Source: Candidatus Binataceae bacterium (GTDB taxonomy: Bacteria; Desulfobacterota; Binatia; Binatales; Binataceae). From it: a stretch of 35,688 nt of DNA. Below the pieces are notes generated by a model that ran no database searches, was not told where the DNA came from, and saw only the letters and a program-made list of their open reading frames with translations. Within the stretch, counting starts at the first letter, position 1. Each line of letters opens with the position of its first letter. The position numbers and the translations under genes were made by a program. The stretch is taken from the NCBI GenBank assembly GCA_041487135.1, contig JBGPMT010000001.1:1-35688 (forward strand). The letters run 5' to 3'. This document shows positions 9,787 through 17,057 of this stretch, in pieces.

Positions 9787-10497
9787 TCATCCCAACTCCG
9801 CCATGAAGCGCGCGGCCGCTTCCCGCGCCGCCAGGTAGCCGGGATGGTCGAGCTTCCCGCGCATCAGCTCGACCCGCAGCAGCAGAAAGTAGGTCTGGAT
9901 CACGTCGGAGCGGCAGTAGCGATGGATCTCGTCCATGCGGCCCGCCTCGTAGAACTCCTGCACGCGCGCGCCCTCGACCGCGCCCTTGCCGGGCATCCCG
10001 ATCATCTTGAGCAGCAGGTCGAGCCCGCCGCGCAGCCGCACCGCGCCGTGATTGGTCAGGAACTCATAGAGATCGAGATGGCGCGCGTCGGAGTAGCGAT
10101 AGCGCGGCGAATTCGGCTCGGCGAAATAATTCGGCAGCGCGATTCCGTAGCGCAAGGCGGCCAGCTCCAGCACGGGCAGATCGAAATGCCGCCCGTTGAA
10201 GGTCACCAGGCATCCCTTGAAACGCTCGACGCGCGACCAGAACTCGCGCACCAGTTTTTCTTCCGAATAATCGCCGAGCGCGAGGCTCTCGACCGAGCGC
10301 AGCACGTAGCTTTCGTCGACGTCGCCGACCGCGATCGAGATCGGGACGTGAATCGAGGTGGGCGCGAAATCGTTCCGCGACTCCGCGACGAAGCGGCGAT
10401 AGGCCTCCGCGTCGTCGATTCCGTCACCGGCATAGAAGGCGCGGTTCAGCAGCGACTTGTCAACCCGCGTCTCGATGTCGAACACTGCGAACGTCAT
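9787..10497 (-). CDS. 3'-5' exonuclease, PolB-exonuclease-like (RNase H fold, COG3298-like)
   Basis: 236 aa. Exo I FDIET, Exo II FNGRHFDLPVL, Exo III HRYCRSD. Confidence 0.75.
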   Translation of the reverse strand: MTFAVFDIETRVDKSLLNRAFYAGDGIDDAEAYRRFVAESRNDFAPTSIHVPISIAVGDVDESYVLRSVESLALGDYSEEKLVREFWSRVERFKGCLVTFNGRHFDLPVLELAALRYGIALPNYFAEPNSPRYRYSDARHLDLYEFLTNHGAVRLRGGLDLLLKMIGMPGKGAVEGARVQEFYEAGRMDEIHRYCRSDVIQTYFLLLRVELMRGKLDHPGYLAAREAAARFMAELG

Positions 10498-10537
10498 CTC
10501 GGTTCGTAATCGCCGGGCTCAGCGCCGTCCCGCCTCC

Positions 10538-11575
10538 TCAAGCCTGGATCTGTTCAAGCACCCGGGTCGCAATCTGGCGCAAGCGCACGCTGATCGGATG
10601 ATCGGGGTTGACCGCGACCAGCGGCGCGGCGCGGTCGCCGCCCTCGCGCAGCTCGCGCACTATCGGCAGCTCGCCGAGAAACGGCACGCCGAGCTCGTCC
10701 GCCAGCCGGGCGCCGCCGCCATGGGCGAAGATCTCGTGGCGGGCCCCGCATTTCCGGCACAGGTGATAGCTCATGTTCTCGATCACGCCGAGCACCGGCA
10801 CATCGACCTCGCGGAACATCGCCATCCCGCGCCGCACGTCGAGCAGCGCGATCTCCTGCGGCGTGGTGACGATTACGCCGCCATCCAGCGCAACCCGCTG
10901 GGTGATCGTCAGTTGCGCGTCGCCGGTCCCGGGCGGCAGATCGAGCACCAGGCAATCGAGCTCGCCCCACTCGACGTTGAACAGGAACTCGCTTTCGAGC
11001 TTGGTGACCATCGGGCCGCGCCAGATGACCGCGGTCTCCTCGTCGATAAACAGCGCCATCGAGATGTACCGGATACCGTAGCGCTCGAGCGGGACGATGC
11101 GCTTGCTCTCCGTGATGCGGACCTGTTCGTCGGCCCCGACCATCATCGCGACGCTCGGCCCGTAGACATCCGCGTCCATCAGGCCGACCTTTCTTCCGAG
11201 CGAGGCGATCGCGAGCGCGAGGTTTACCGCGACCGTCGATTTGCCGACGCCGCCCTTGCCGCTTGCGACCGCCACGATCTTCTTGACGCCGGGGATCGGG
11301 CGGCGGGGCAAAGCGGCGGCGCTGCGCGGCGCCGGTGCCTGCTCGACGTTGACCTCGACCGCCGGCACGCCCTCCATCGCGGCCACGCTCTTCCTGACCT
11401 CGCCCACGATCTGGCCTATCACCTCGGCCTTGGCGGCGGGTGCGGTCAGGATTACTGTGACGCCGCGATGCCCAACCTCGATATCCTTGACCATCCCGAA
11501 GGAGACGATATCGCGCGTCAACCCAGGGTACTTGATCTTCTTGAGTTCGGTCAGAATTTCGTTGGGGGTCGGCAT
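10538..11575 (-). CDS. apbC: Mrp/ApbC/NBP35-family Fe-S cluster carrier ATPase
   Basis: The track ORF 10538..11743 has an Arg-rich junk N-extension. Real start taken at ATG 11575 (MPTPNEILTELKKIKYPGLTRDIVSFGMV, a DUF59-like domain). Deviant Walker A SGKGGVGKST and CxxC as CRKCG. Confidence 0.88.
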   Translation of the reverse strand: MPTPNEILTELKKIKYPGLTRDIVSFGMVKDIEVGHRGVTVILTAPAAKAEVIGQIVGEVRKSVAAMEGVPAVEVNVEQAPAPRSAAALPRRPIPGVKKIVAVASGKGGVGKSTVAVNLALAIASLGRKVGLMDADVYGPSVAMMVGADEQVRITESKRIVPLERYGIRYISMALFIDEETAVIWRGPMVTKLESEFLFNVEWGELDCLVLDLPPGTGDAQLTITQRVALDGGVIVTTPQEIALLDVRRGMAMFREVDVPVLGVIENMSYHLCRKCGARHEIFAHGGGARLADELGVPFLGELPIVRELREGGDRAAPLVAVNPDHPISVRLRQIATRVLEQIQA

Positions 11576-11685
11576 CGCTTGAACGCTGGCGGCGAGGATC
11601 TGTGTTTTGGCGGCAGAAGGTCTAAAGTCGATCTCGATGTTATCATCCGGGGGAGAGCCCACAAACCGGCGTGCGGAGCGAACTG

Positions 11686-13527
11686 ATGCCGCCGCCCGAT
11701 GATTGCCGCGCCGATGCGCAGAGCCTCGCGGTCCGCTACGCACCCGACGACCGGGTCGCGCCGTTTGCGGCGCGCGGGCTCGCGACGCGGCTCACCGCGA
11801 TGCTTGCTGAGCCGGTCGCGGCGCTCGCCGCGCCCGAGCTCGCGGGTCATCGCCTGGCCGTTGACCTCGGCCGTCCGGGCGCCGCCGATTCCCGCCCCTC
11901 GCCCCAGACGCTCGTGGGCGACAGCTTTCGGATCGAGCGCGATGAGCGCTCGATCGCGATCGAGGGCGGCAGCGAACGCGCGCTGCTCCACGCGGTCGGC
12001 GATCTGTTCGAGCAGCTCGGCGCGAGCTTCGCGCCCTGGCGCGATCCCGAGTTCCCGCCGCATATAGATGTAGCCCGGCTGCGGCAGGTCGCCTCCCGCG
12101 CGATCGTTCCCGCCTTCGATCGCCGCGCCTTCGTCTCCGACCTCATGACCTGGCATTACGAGACCCCGGCCCGCCTCGAAGAGCATCTGGCGCACGACCG
12201 GCTGTTCATCCCCTGGATGACCGCGCGCGGGATGAACGCCTTCATGTTTATCCGCCATGCGCAGGACATGCGCGTGCGGGTCGACGCGCTCAACCCGATC
12301 CTCGAAAGGTTCCAGGTCGACGCCGAATACGGCGGCCACGTCGTGCAGCTGCTGATGCCGCGCGGGCTGTTCGAGTCGCATCCGGAGTATTTCACGGCCG
12401 GCGCGAACGGCGCGCGCACCACGCGGGGCAATTTCTGCGTCTCGAATCGCGAGGCGCTTAAGATCGTGCGCGACCATGCGCTCGCCTACGTCCGCGATTA
12501 CCCGGAGAATCGGATGCTCCACGTATGGGGCGCCGATCTGAATGACGGCGGATGGTGCCGGTGCGCCGCATGCGCCGCGATCTCCCCGCAGCTCCAGTAT
12601 ATGAAGGTGGTCGATGCGGTCGCTGCCGCGCTGGCCGATTCAGGAAGCGAAATTCCCGCCGCTTATCTCGCCTACCACGATACGCTGGAGCCCGACCCCG
12701 CGCTTCGGCCGCGCGACAATGTGTGGTTCGAATGGGCGCCGCGCGAGCGCTGCTACTCGCATCCGATCGACGATCCTGCCTGCGCGGCCAATCGGAAATA
12801 TTTCGCGTGGCTCGAGCGCTATCTCGAAATTTTCGACGGCCGCGGGATGGTCTTCGAGTACTACGCCGACGCGATCCTGTTCGGCGGCCTGAGCTTCGCG
12901 ACTCCATCGGTAATCGTCCGCGATCTGCAAGCTTACCATCGGCTCGGAATCCGCGCGGTTTCGTGCCTGACCTTCGGCGCCTTCAGCGTCTTCGCCTACC
13001 CGGTCAACCTCGAGACCTTCGCGCGCGCCACCCGCTCGCTCGGATACGATCCGGAAACGGCAGCGGCGGCCCGCACGCGCTATCCGCGATGCGCCGCCGC
13101 TACGGCCGACGCGTATCGCGCGATCGCGCGCGGCTCCTCGATGGCGCTCTGCTACGGCGACGTGCTGCGCCCGTTCAATCGCGAAGCCGAAAATGCGCTG
13201 CCCGCGCTGCGCGAAGCCCATCGATGCTTCGCCGACGCGGTCGCCGCCGCCGAGCATCTGATGGCGGGCGAGGGCGCGCCGATGCTCGCGGCGGAGCGCG
13301 AGCTCTGGCGCCTGAGTTGCGACGCGCTCGCCGGGCTCGGCGATTACGTCGCATCGCGCGCCGAAAGCGGCGCCGCGCGCCGCGCCGCCGGCGAGGCGGC
13401 GATCGGAAAGATCGCCGCGGCACTCGACCGGATGCGCGCGATAGCGCCCGAGTTCAAAGGCACCTGGGGCATCTACGATTTCGAGCGCTTCACGCAGATC
13501 TGGCTCGAGGGCCTGCGGCAGGCCTGA
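11686..13527 (+). CDS. DUF4838-like (glycoside-hydrolase-like) protein
   Basis: ORF 11671..13527. ATG 11686 has GGAG 7 nt upstream. The stretch HPEYF...NFCVSN...WGADLNDGGWCRCAAC matches my memory of the DUF4838 pattern (HPEYF ... CxCxxC). The product name is tentative. Confidence 0.7.
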   Translation: MPPPDDCRADAQSLAVRYAPDDRVAPFAARGLATRLTAMLAEPVAALAAPELAGHRLAVDLGRPGAADSRPSPQTLVGDSFRIERDERSIAIEGGSERALLHAVGDLFEQLGASFAPWRDPEFPPHIDVARLRQVASRAIVPAFDRRAFVSDLMTWHYETPARLEEHLAHDRLFIPWMTARGMNAFMFIRHAQDMRVRVDALNPILERFQVDAEYGGHVVQLLMPRGLFESHPEYFTAGANGARTTRGNFCVSNREALKIVRDHALAYVRDYPENRMLHVWGADLNDGGWCRCAACAAISPQLQYMKVVDAVAAALADSGSEIPAAYLAYHDTLEPDPALRPRDNVWFEWAPRERCYSHPIDDPACAANRKYFAWLERYLEIFDGRGMVFEYYADAILFGGLSFATPSVIVRDLQAYHRLGIRAVSCLTFGAFSVFAYPVNLETFARATRSLGYDPETAAAARTRYPRCAAATADAYRAIARGSSMALCYGDVLRPFNREAENALPALREAHRCFADAVAAAEHLMAGEGAPMLAAERELWRLSCDALAGLGDYVASRAESGAARRAAGEAAIGKIAAALDRMRAIAPEFKGTWGIYDFERFTQIWLEGLRQA

Positions 13528-13671
13528 GGCCTGCACCCGCGCTCCTCTCCGTCATCCTCGAGCGGAGCGCAGCGAACTCGAAGGATGACGAAAAAAAGAG
13601 GGCGCAGAGCCGATAACTCGTGGGCTGCCGCAGACCTTCAGCGCGCCTCTATTGGGTGCAGGCCTCAGGCC
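13521..13671. repeat. MITE/REP-like nested palindromic element
   Basis: Perfect 18-bp terminal inverted repeats: GGCCTGAGGCCTGCACCC (13521-13538) and GGGTGCAGGCCTCAGGCC (13654-13671). They enclose an inner 13-bp-stem hairpin CGTCATCCTCGAG (13550-13562) / CTCGAAGGATGACG (13577-13590) followed by an A7 run. The left arm contains the stop codon of the upstream gene. Confidence 0.6.
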
Positions 13672-13719
13672 TGCCCAGCGTCCTGTTCGGATGATCCGTA
13701 AGCGAGCTAGGATGGCGCG

Positions 13720-14913
13720 ATGGACCAGCGGCCGCTCGACGGAATTCGCGTGATCGATCTCGGGCAAATCTACGCCGCCCCGTACTGCACGATGCAGCTC
13801 GCGGCGATGGGCGCCGAGGTGATCAAGATCGAGCCGCCCGGAACCGGCGAGGGACTGCGCTTCGTCGCCGCCGACCCGGGCAAGACCAACTACGCCTTCC
13901 TGATGCTCAACGCGAACAAGAAATCGGTCACGCTCAATCTGAAGGACGAGCTCGGGCGCGCGCTGCTGATGAAGCTGCTCGAGCGGGCCGACGTGTTCGT
14001 CGAGAATTACGCGGGCGGTACGATGGAATCGCTGGGGCTCGGCTACGAGCACCTGTGCGAGCGCTTCCCGCGGCTGATCTATGCCTCCGCCAAGGGCTAC
14101 GGCGCCGACAGCCGGTTCGCGAAGCTGGGCGCGATGGACACCAGTATCCAGGCGGCCTGCGGACAGATAAGCGTGACCGGCTTTCCGGATCGCGACGGGG
14201 TCAAGACGCCGGCCACGCTGATCGATATGGGGACCGGGAGCCATCTGACCAGCGCGATTCTGGCCGCGCTTTTGGGGCGCGGGCGCAGCGGTCGCGGGAT
14301 GAAGGTCGAGGTCGCGATGTTCGATGTCGCGGTGACCGGGATGACAACGGTGTTTTCGGCCGCGCTGCAGGGCAAGAAGATTCGGCGCGCCGCGAACCAG
14401 CATCCGGGCGTCTGCCCCTCCAACGTCTATCCGGCGGCCGACGGCGCAGTGCTGATCTTTTGCCTGTCGGAAAAACATTGGCGGACGCTGGCGGCGATGA
14501 TGGGGCGGGGCGAGCTCGGCGCCGATCCGCAATTCGCAGACCATGCGGCGCGCCTCAAGATCGTCGATGAGGTCGACGCGATGGTTGCGCAATGGACGCG
14601 GGGACGCACTCGCGAGGAGCTGATCGGGGCGCTTACCGACAACGGTGTCCCGGCGGCGCCGGTCCGGACGGTCGAGGAGGTGGTGAGGGATCCGGAATTG
14701 CGCCGGCGCGGCTCGCTAATCGAGAGTCACTATGCGGACTATGGTGCGATATGCGTACTCGGGCTCCCGTTCCGGCTCGATCAGGACGGATCCGGCCGCA
14801 TCGATCAGCCCGCGCCCCCGCCGATCCTCGCCGCGCATACGGCCGAAGTGCTCGCGGAGATCGGGGTCGATCAAAGTGAACTGGAGCGTTTGCGGAGCCT
14901 GGGAGTCGTCTAG
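13720..14913 (+). CDS. family III CoA-transferase (CaiB/BaiF/Frc-type)
   Basis: 397 aa. N-terminal LDGIRVIDLGQIYAAPYCTMQLAAMGAEVIKIE is the hallmark of the family. Confidence 0.88.
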   Translation: MDQRPLDGIRVIDLGQIYAAPYCTMQLAAMGAEVIKIEPPGTGEGLRFVAADPGKTNYAFLMLNANKKSVTLNLKDELGRALLMKLLERADVFVENYAGGTMESLGLGYEHLCERFPRLIYASAKGYGADSRFAKLGAMDTSIQAACGQISVTGFPDRDGVKTPATLIDMGTGSHLTSAILAALLGRGRSGRGMKVEVAMFDVAVTGMTTVFSAALQGKKIRRAANQHPGVCPSNVYPAADGAVLIFCLSEKHWRTLAAMMGRGELGADPQFADHAARLKIVDEVDAMVAQWTRGRTREELIGALTDNGVPAAPVRTVEEVVRDPELRRRGSLIESHYADYGAICVLGLPFRLDQDGSGRIDQPAPPPILAAHTAEVLAEIGVDQSELERLRSLGVV

Positions 14914-14938
14914 CGAAAGCGTGCGATGATCATGCGGC

Positions 14939-15178
14939 TCACGATCCGGCCTGCTTGACCACGCGCCGCCGCGGCCGGCCAGGCGGGAAGGCGCTCGCCC
15001 TGCTTCCGCGCGCCTTGCGGTTGAAGCGATCGAGCAGATCGAAAAAGGCGTCGCGCACCGATTCCATGATCCAGAGCAGACCAAGGCCCAATGCGATCGC
15101 TATCCCCTGCAGTATCTGGCCGAGGAACTGCAGACGCCTCAGTGGTTCGGGAGTGAAATCGGTTTCCTGCTCAGCCAT
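14939..15178 (-). CDS. small hypothetical membrane protein
   Basis: ORF 14939..15217, trimmed to ATG 15178 (MAEQETDF...), which has GGAG about 9 nt upstream. One hydrophobic helix, ILQGIAIALGLGLLWIM. GC-rich third codon positions. No recognisable family. Confidence 0.5.
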   Translation of the reverse strand: MAEQETDFTPEPLRRLQFLGQILQGIAIALGLGLLWIMESVRDAFFDLLDRFNRKARGSRASAFPPGRPRRRVVKQAGS

Positions 15179-15316
15179 CGTTGATGCTCCATCCAAGGCT
15201 CCTGAGATTAAAGACACCGGGCCGGGGGCGCAAGCGCACCTATTCCGACCGGATGCGACCTATTCCGCTCTCGACTTCGTTTTTCCTTCGCTTTTCTAAC
15301 GCGCCCTCTAATCATC

Positions 15317-15333
15317 AACAGAATGATTCTGTT
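15317..15333. promoter_or_regulatory. perfect 17-bp palindrome AACAGAATgATTCTGTT, candidate operator upstream of the dcw cluster
   Basis: 8+1+8 perfect inverted repeat in the AT-rich part of the divergent intergenic region. It sits 14 bp upstream of a TTGACT (-35-like) hexamer at 15347-15352. Confidence 0.35.
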
Positions 15334-15355
15334 AGCTCTGTTTCTCTTGACTGTG

Positions 15356-15381
15356 GTGGGGGAGAGTGGGATTTTGTGGAG
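15356..15381 (+). promoter_or_regulatory. putative MraZ operator (three GTGG[G/A] direct repeats at 10-bp spacing)
   Basis: GTGGG at 15356, GTGGG at 15366 and GTGGA at 15376, exactly 10 bp apart, immediately upstream of mraZ. This matches the known MraZ box organisation (three TGGGN repeats with 5-nt spacers). Confidence 0.5.
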
Positions 15382-15396
15382 GGTTAAGGTGGAACA

Positions 15397-15852
15397 GTGG
15401 TCTTCAACGGCAGTTTCGACCATGCCATCGACGAGAAGGGCCGCGTCAGTATTCCGGTCCGCTTTCGCGATGCCTTGCAGCGTAACCACTGCGATACCCT
15501 CGTGATTACCAACAACTTCACCAGTGGACAGCCCTGTCTCCATCTCTATCCGCCCGACGAATGGCAGCGCCAGGTCGTCGGCCGCGTCCAGCAGAAACCC
15601 CACTTCGACCCCGACACCGAGGACTTTCTTACCTTTATCGTCGGCAGCGCTCACGAGGTCCCGCTCGATCGCCAGGGCCGCATTCTCATCCCGCCCAAGT
15701 TGCGCGAGTTCGCGACCCTCGAGCGCGACGTCACCTTCAGCGCGCGCTTAAGTTTCTTTCAGCTCTGGGACAAAGCCACTTTCGAGCAGATCTTCGCAGC
15801 CGCCAGGGAGCGGTTCAAGGATCCGAAGTTCAGGGAAAAGCTGGGCCTATAG
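15397..15852 (+). CDS. mraZ: transcriptional regulator MraZ
   Basis: 151 aa, GTG start. Two SpoVT/AbrB-like halves with DEKGRVSIP and DRQGRILIP motifs. First gene of the dcw cluster. Confidence 0.93.
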   Translation: MVFNGSFDHAIDEKGRVSIPVRFRDALQRNHCDTLVITNNFTSGQPCLHLYPPDEWQRQVVGRVQQKPHFDPDTEDFLTFIVGSAHEVPLDRQGRILIPPKLREFATLERDVTFSARLSFFQLWDKATFEQIFAAARERFKDPKFREKLGL

Positions 15853-15858
15853 AGATTG

Positions 15859-16773
15859 ATGGGTAGCGCGGCGCACAAGATGGGCGCATGGCCTCACGAG
15901 CCGGTGATGGTGCAGGAGGTGGGCGAGTTGATACTCGCCAATCGCCCGGCGATCATCGTCGACGCGACGCTCGGCCCCGGCGGCCATGCCGAAGCGCTCT
16001 TGGAGCGCTCGGCCTGCGAGCGGCTGATCGGAATCGATCGCGACGCCCAGGCGCTCGCGGCGGCTGCCGCGCGTCTCGCCCGCTTCGGCGATCGCGCCGT
16101 GCTGCGCCAGGCCGACTTCGCGGCACTCGACTCCGTGCTCGACCAGCTCGGTATCGCCGCGGTCGGCGCGATTCTCGCCGACCTCGGGATGTCGAGCCTG
16201 GCGCTTGACGATCCTGCCCGTGGCTTCAGCTTCCAGTTCGACGGTCCGCTCGACATGCGGATGGATCAGGGCCAGGCGCTCGGCGCCCGCGACCTGGTCA
16301 ACGAGGAGACCGAGGCCGAGCTGGCGCGCATTATTCACGACTACGGCGAGGAGCGTCACGCACGGCGTATCGCGCGCATGATCGTCGCGGCGCGCCGCCC
16401 GCGCCCGATCGAAACCACCTTCCAGCTCCGCTCGATTATCGAACGCGCGCTCGGCCCGCGCCGGATCGCCGGGATGCATCCCGCCACGCGCACCTTCCAG
16501 GCGCTGCGAATCGCGGTGAATCGCGAACTCGAAAGTCTCGCCGCGCTGCTCGCCAGCGGGCCTGCGCGGCTGGCGGCGGGCGGCCGGATGGTGGTGCTGG
16601 CCTATCACTCGCTGGAAGACCGTCCGGTCAAGGAAACCTTCCGCGCTCTCGCGCGAAGCGGCGAATTTGTCGCGATTACGGGCAAGCCGATGCGCCCCTC
16701 CGCATCCGAGGTCGTGCGCAATCCGCGCGCCCGCAGTGCGCGCCTTAGATGCCTTGAGCGGGGGCCGCAATGA
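15859..16773 (+). CDS. rsmH: 16S rRNA (cytosine1402-N4)-methyltransferase RsmH
   Basis: HEPVMVQEV, GPGGHAEALL, DLGMSSLALDD and FQALRIAVNRELE motifs. Start ambiguous among TTG 15856, ATG 15859 and ATG 15880. Confidence 0.92.
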   Translation: MGSAAHKMGAWPHEPVMVQEVGELILANRPAIIVDATLGPGGHAEALLERSACERLIGIDRDAQALAAAAARLARFGDRAVLRQADFAALDSVLDQLGIAAVGAILADLGMSSLALDDPARGFSFQFDGPLDMRMDQGQALGARDLVNEETEAELARIIHDYGEERHARRIARMIVAARRPRPIETTFQLRSIIERALGPRRIAGMHPATRTFQALRIAVNRELESLAALLASGPARLAAGGRMVVLAYHSLEDRPVKETFRALARSGEFVAITGKPMRPSASEVVRNPRARSARLRCLERGPQ

Positions 16774-17057
16774 CGCGGCGTCTGTCACCTTCGCGGCCGC
16801 ACAGCCGGCTGCTACCGACCATCCTGGTGCTCGCGATCGCAGCGCTCGGCTTCACGATCGTGATGGTGCGCCTCGAAGTCACGCAGGAGGGCTATCGCCT
16901 CTCGGAGCTGCGCGCGGAGATCGCCCGGCTCCAGGAGCAAAACCGCCAGCTCAAGCTCGAGGCCGCCCAACTCACCTCGCACACTCGCCTGCGCGAGCTG
17001 GCCCCGCGCTATCATCTGGCGCCGCCCGCGCCCGGACAGGTGGTGATGGTGCCGTGA
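16770..17057 (+). CDS. ftsL: cell division protein FtsL
   Basis: 95 aa bitopic protein with one TM helix (LLPTILVLAIAALGFTIVMV) followed by a coiled coil. ATGA overlap with the rsmH stop. Canonical position in the cluster. Confidence 0.8.
   Translation: MTRRLSPSRPHSRLLPTILVLAIAALGFTIVMVRLEVTQEGYRLSELRAEIARLQEQNRQLKLEAAQLTSHTRLRELAPRYHLAPPAPGQVVMVP

Noticed and set aside
11551-13536. Minus-strand ORFs 11551..12522 and 12640..13536
   Set aside because: Shadows of the DUF4838-like + strand gene. Arg/Ala-rich junk translations typical of high-GC antisense frames.
13552-14592. 346-aa minus-strand ORF
   Set aside because: Antisense to the CoA-transferase gene, which has a hallmark family III N-terminus. 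The minus ORF also runs through the palindromic repeat.
15317-15333. Reading the palindrome as a LexA/SOS box
   Set aside because: The arms are ACAG...CTGT with a 7-nt spacer, the reverse order and different spacing from CTGT-N8-ACAG. It also does not match the GAAC-N4-GTTC or GTTC-N7-GTTC types.
16667-17053. 129-codon upstream extension of the ftsI reading frame (track ORF starts at 16667)
   Set aside because: It overlaps the rsmH 3' end and all of ftsL in another frame and is Arg/Ala/Pro junk. GTG 17054, overlapping the ftsL stop, gives the expected cytoplasmic tail plus TM helix.
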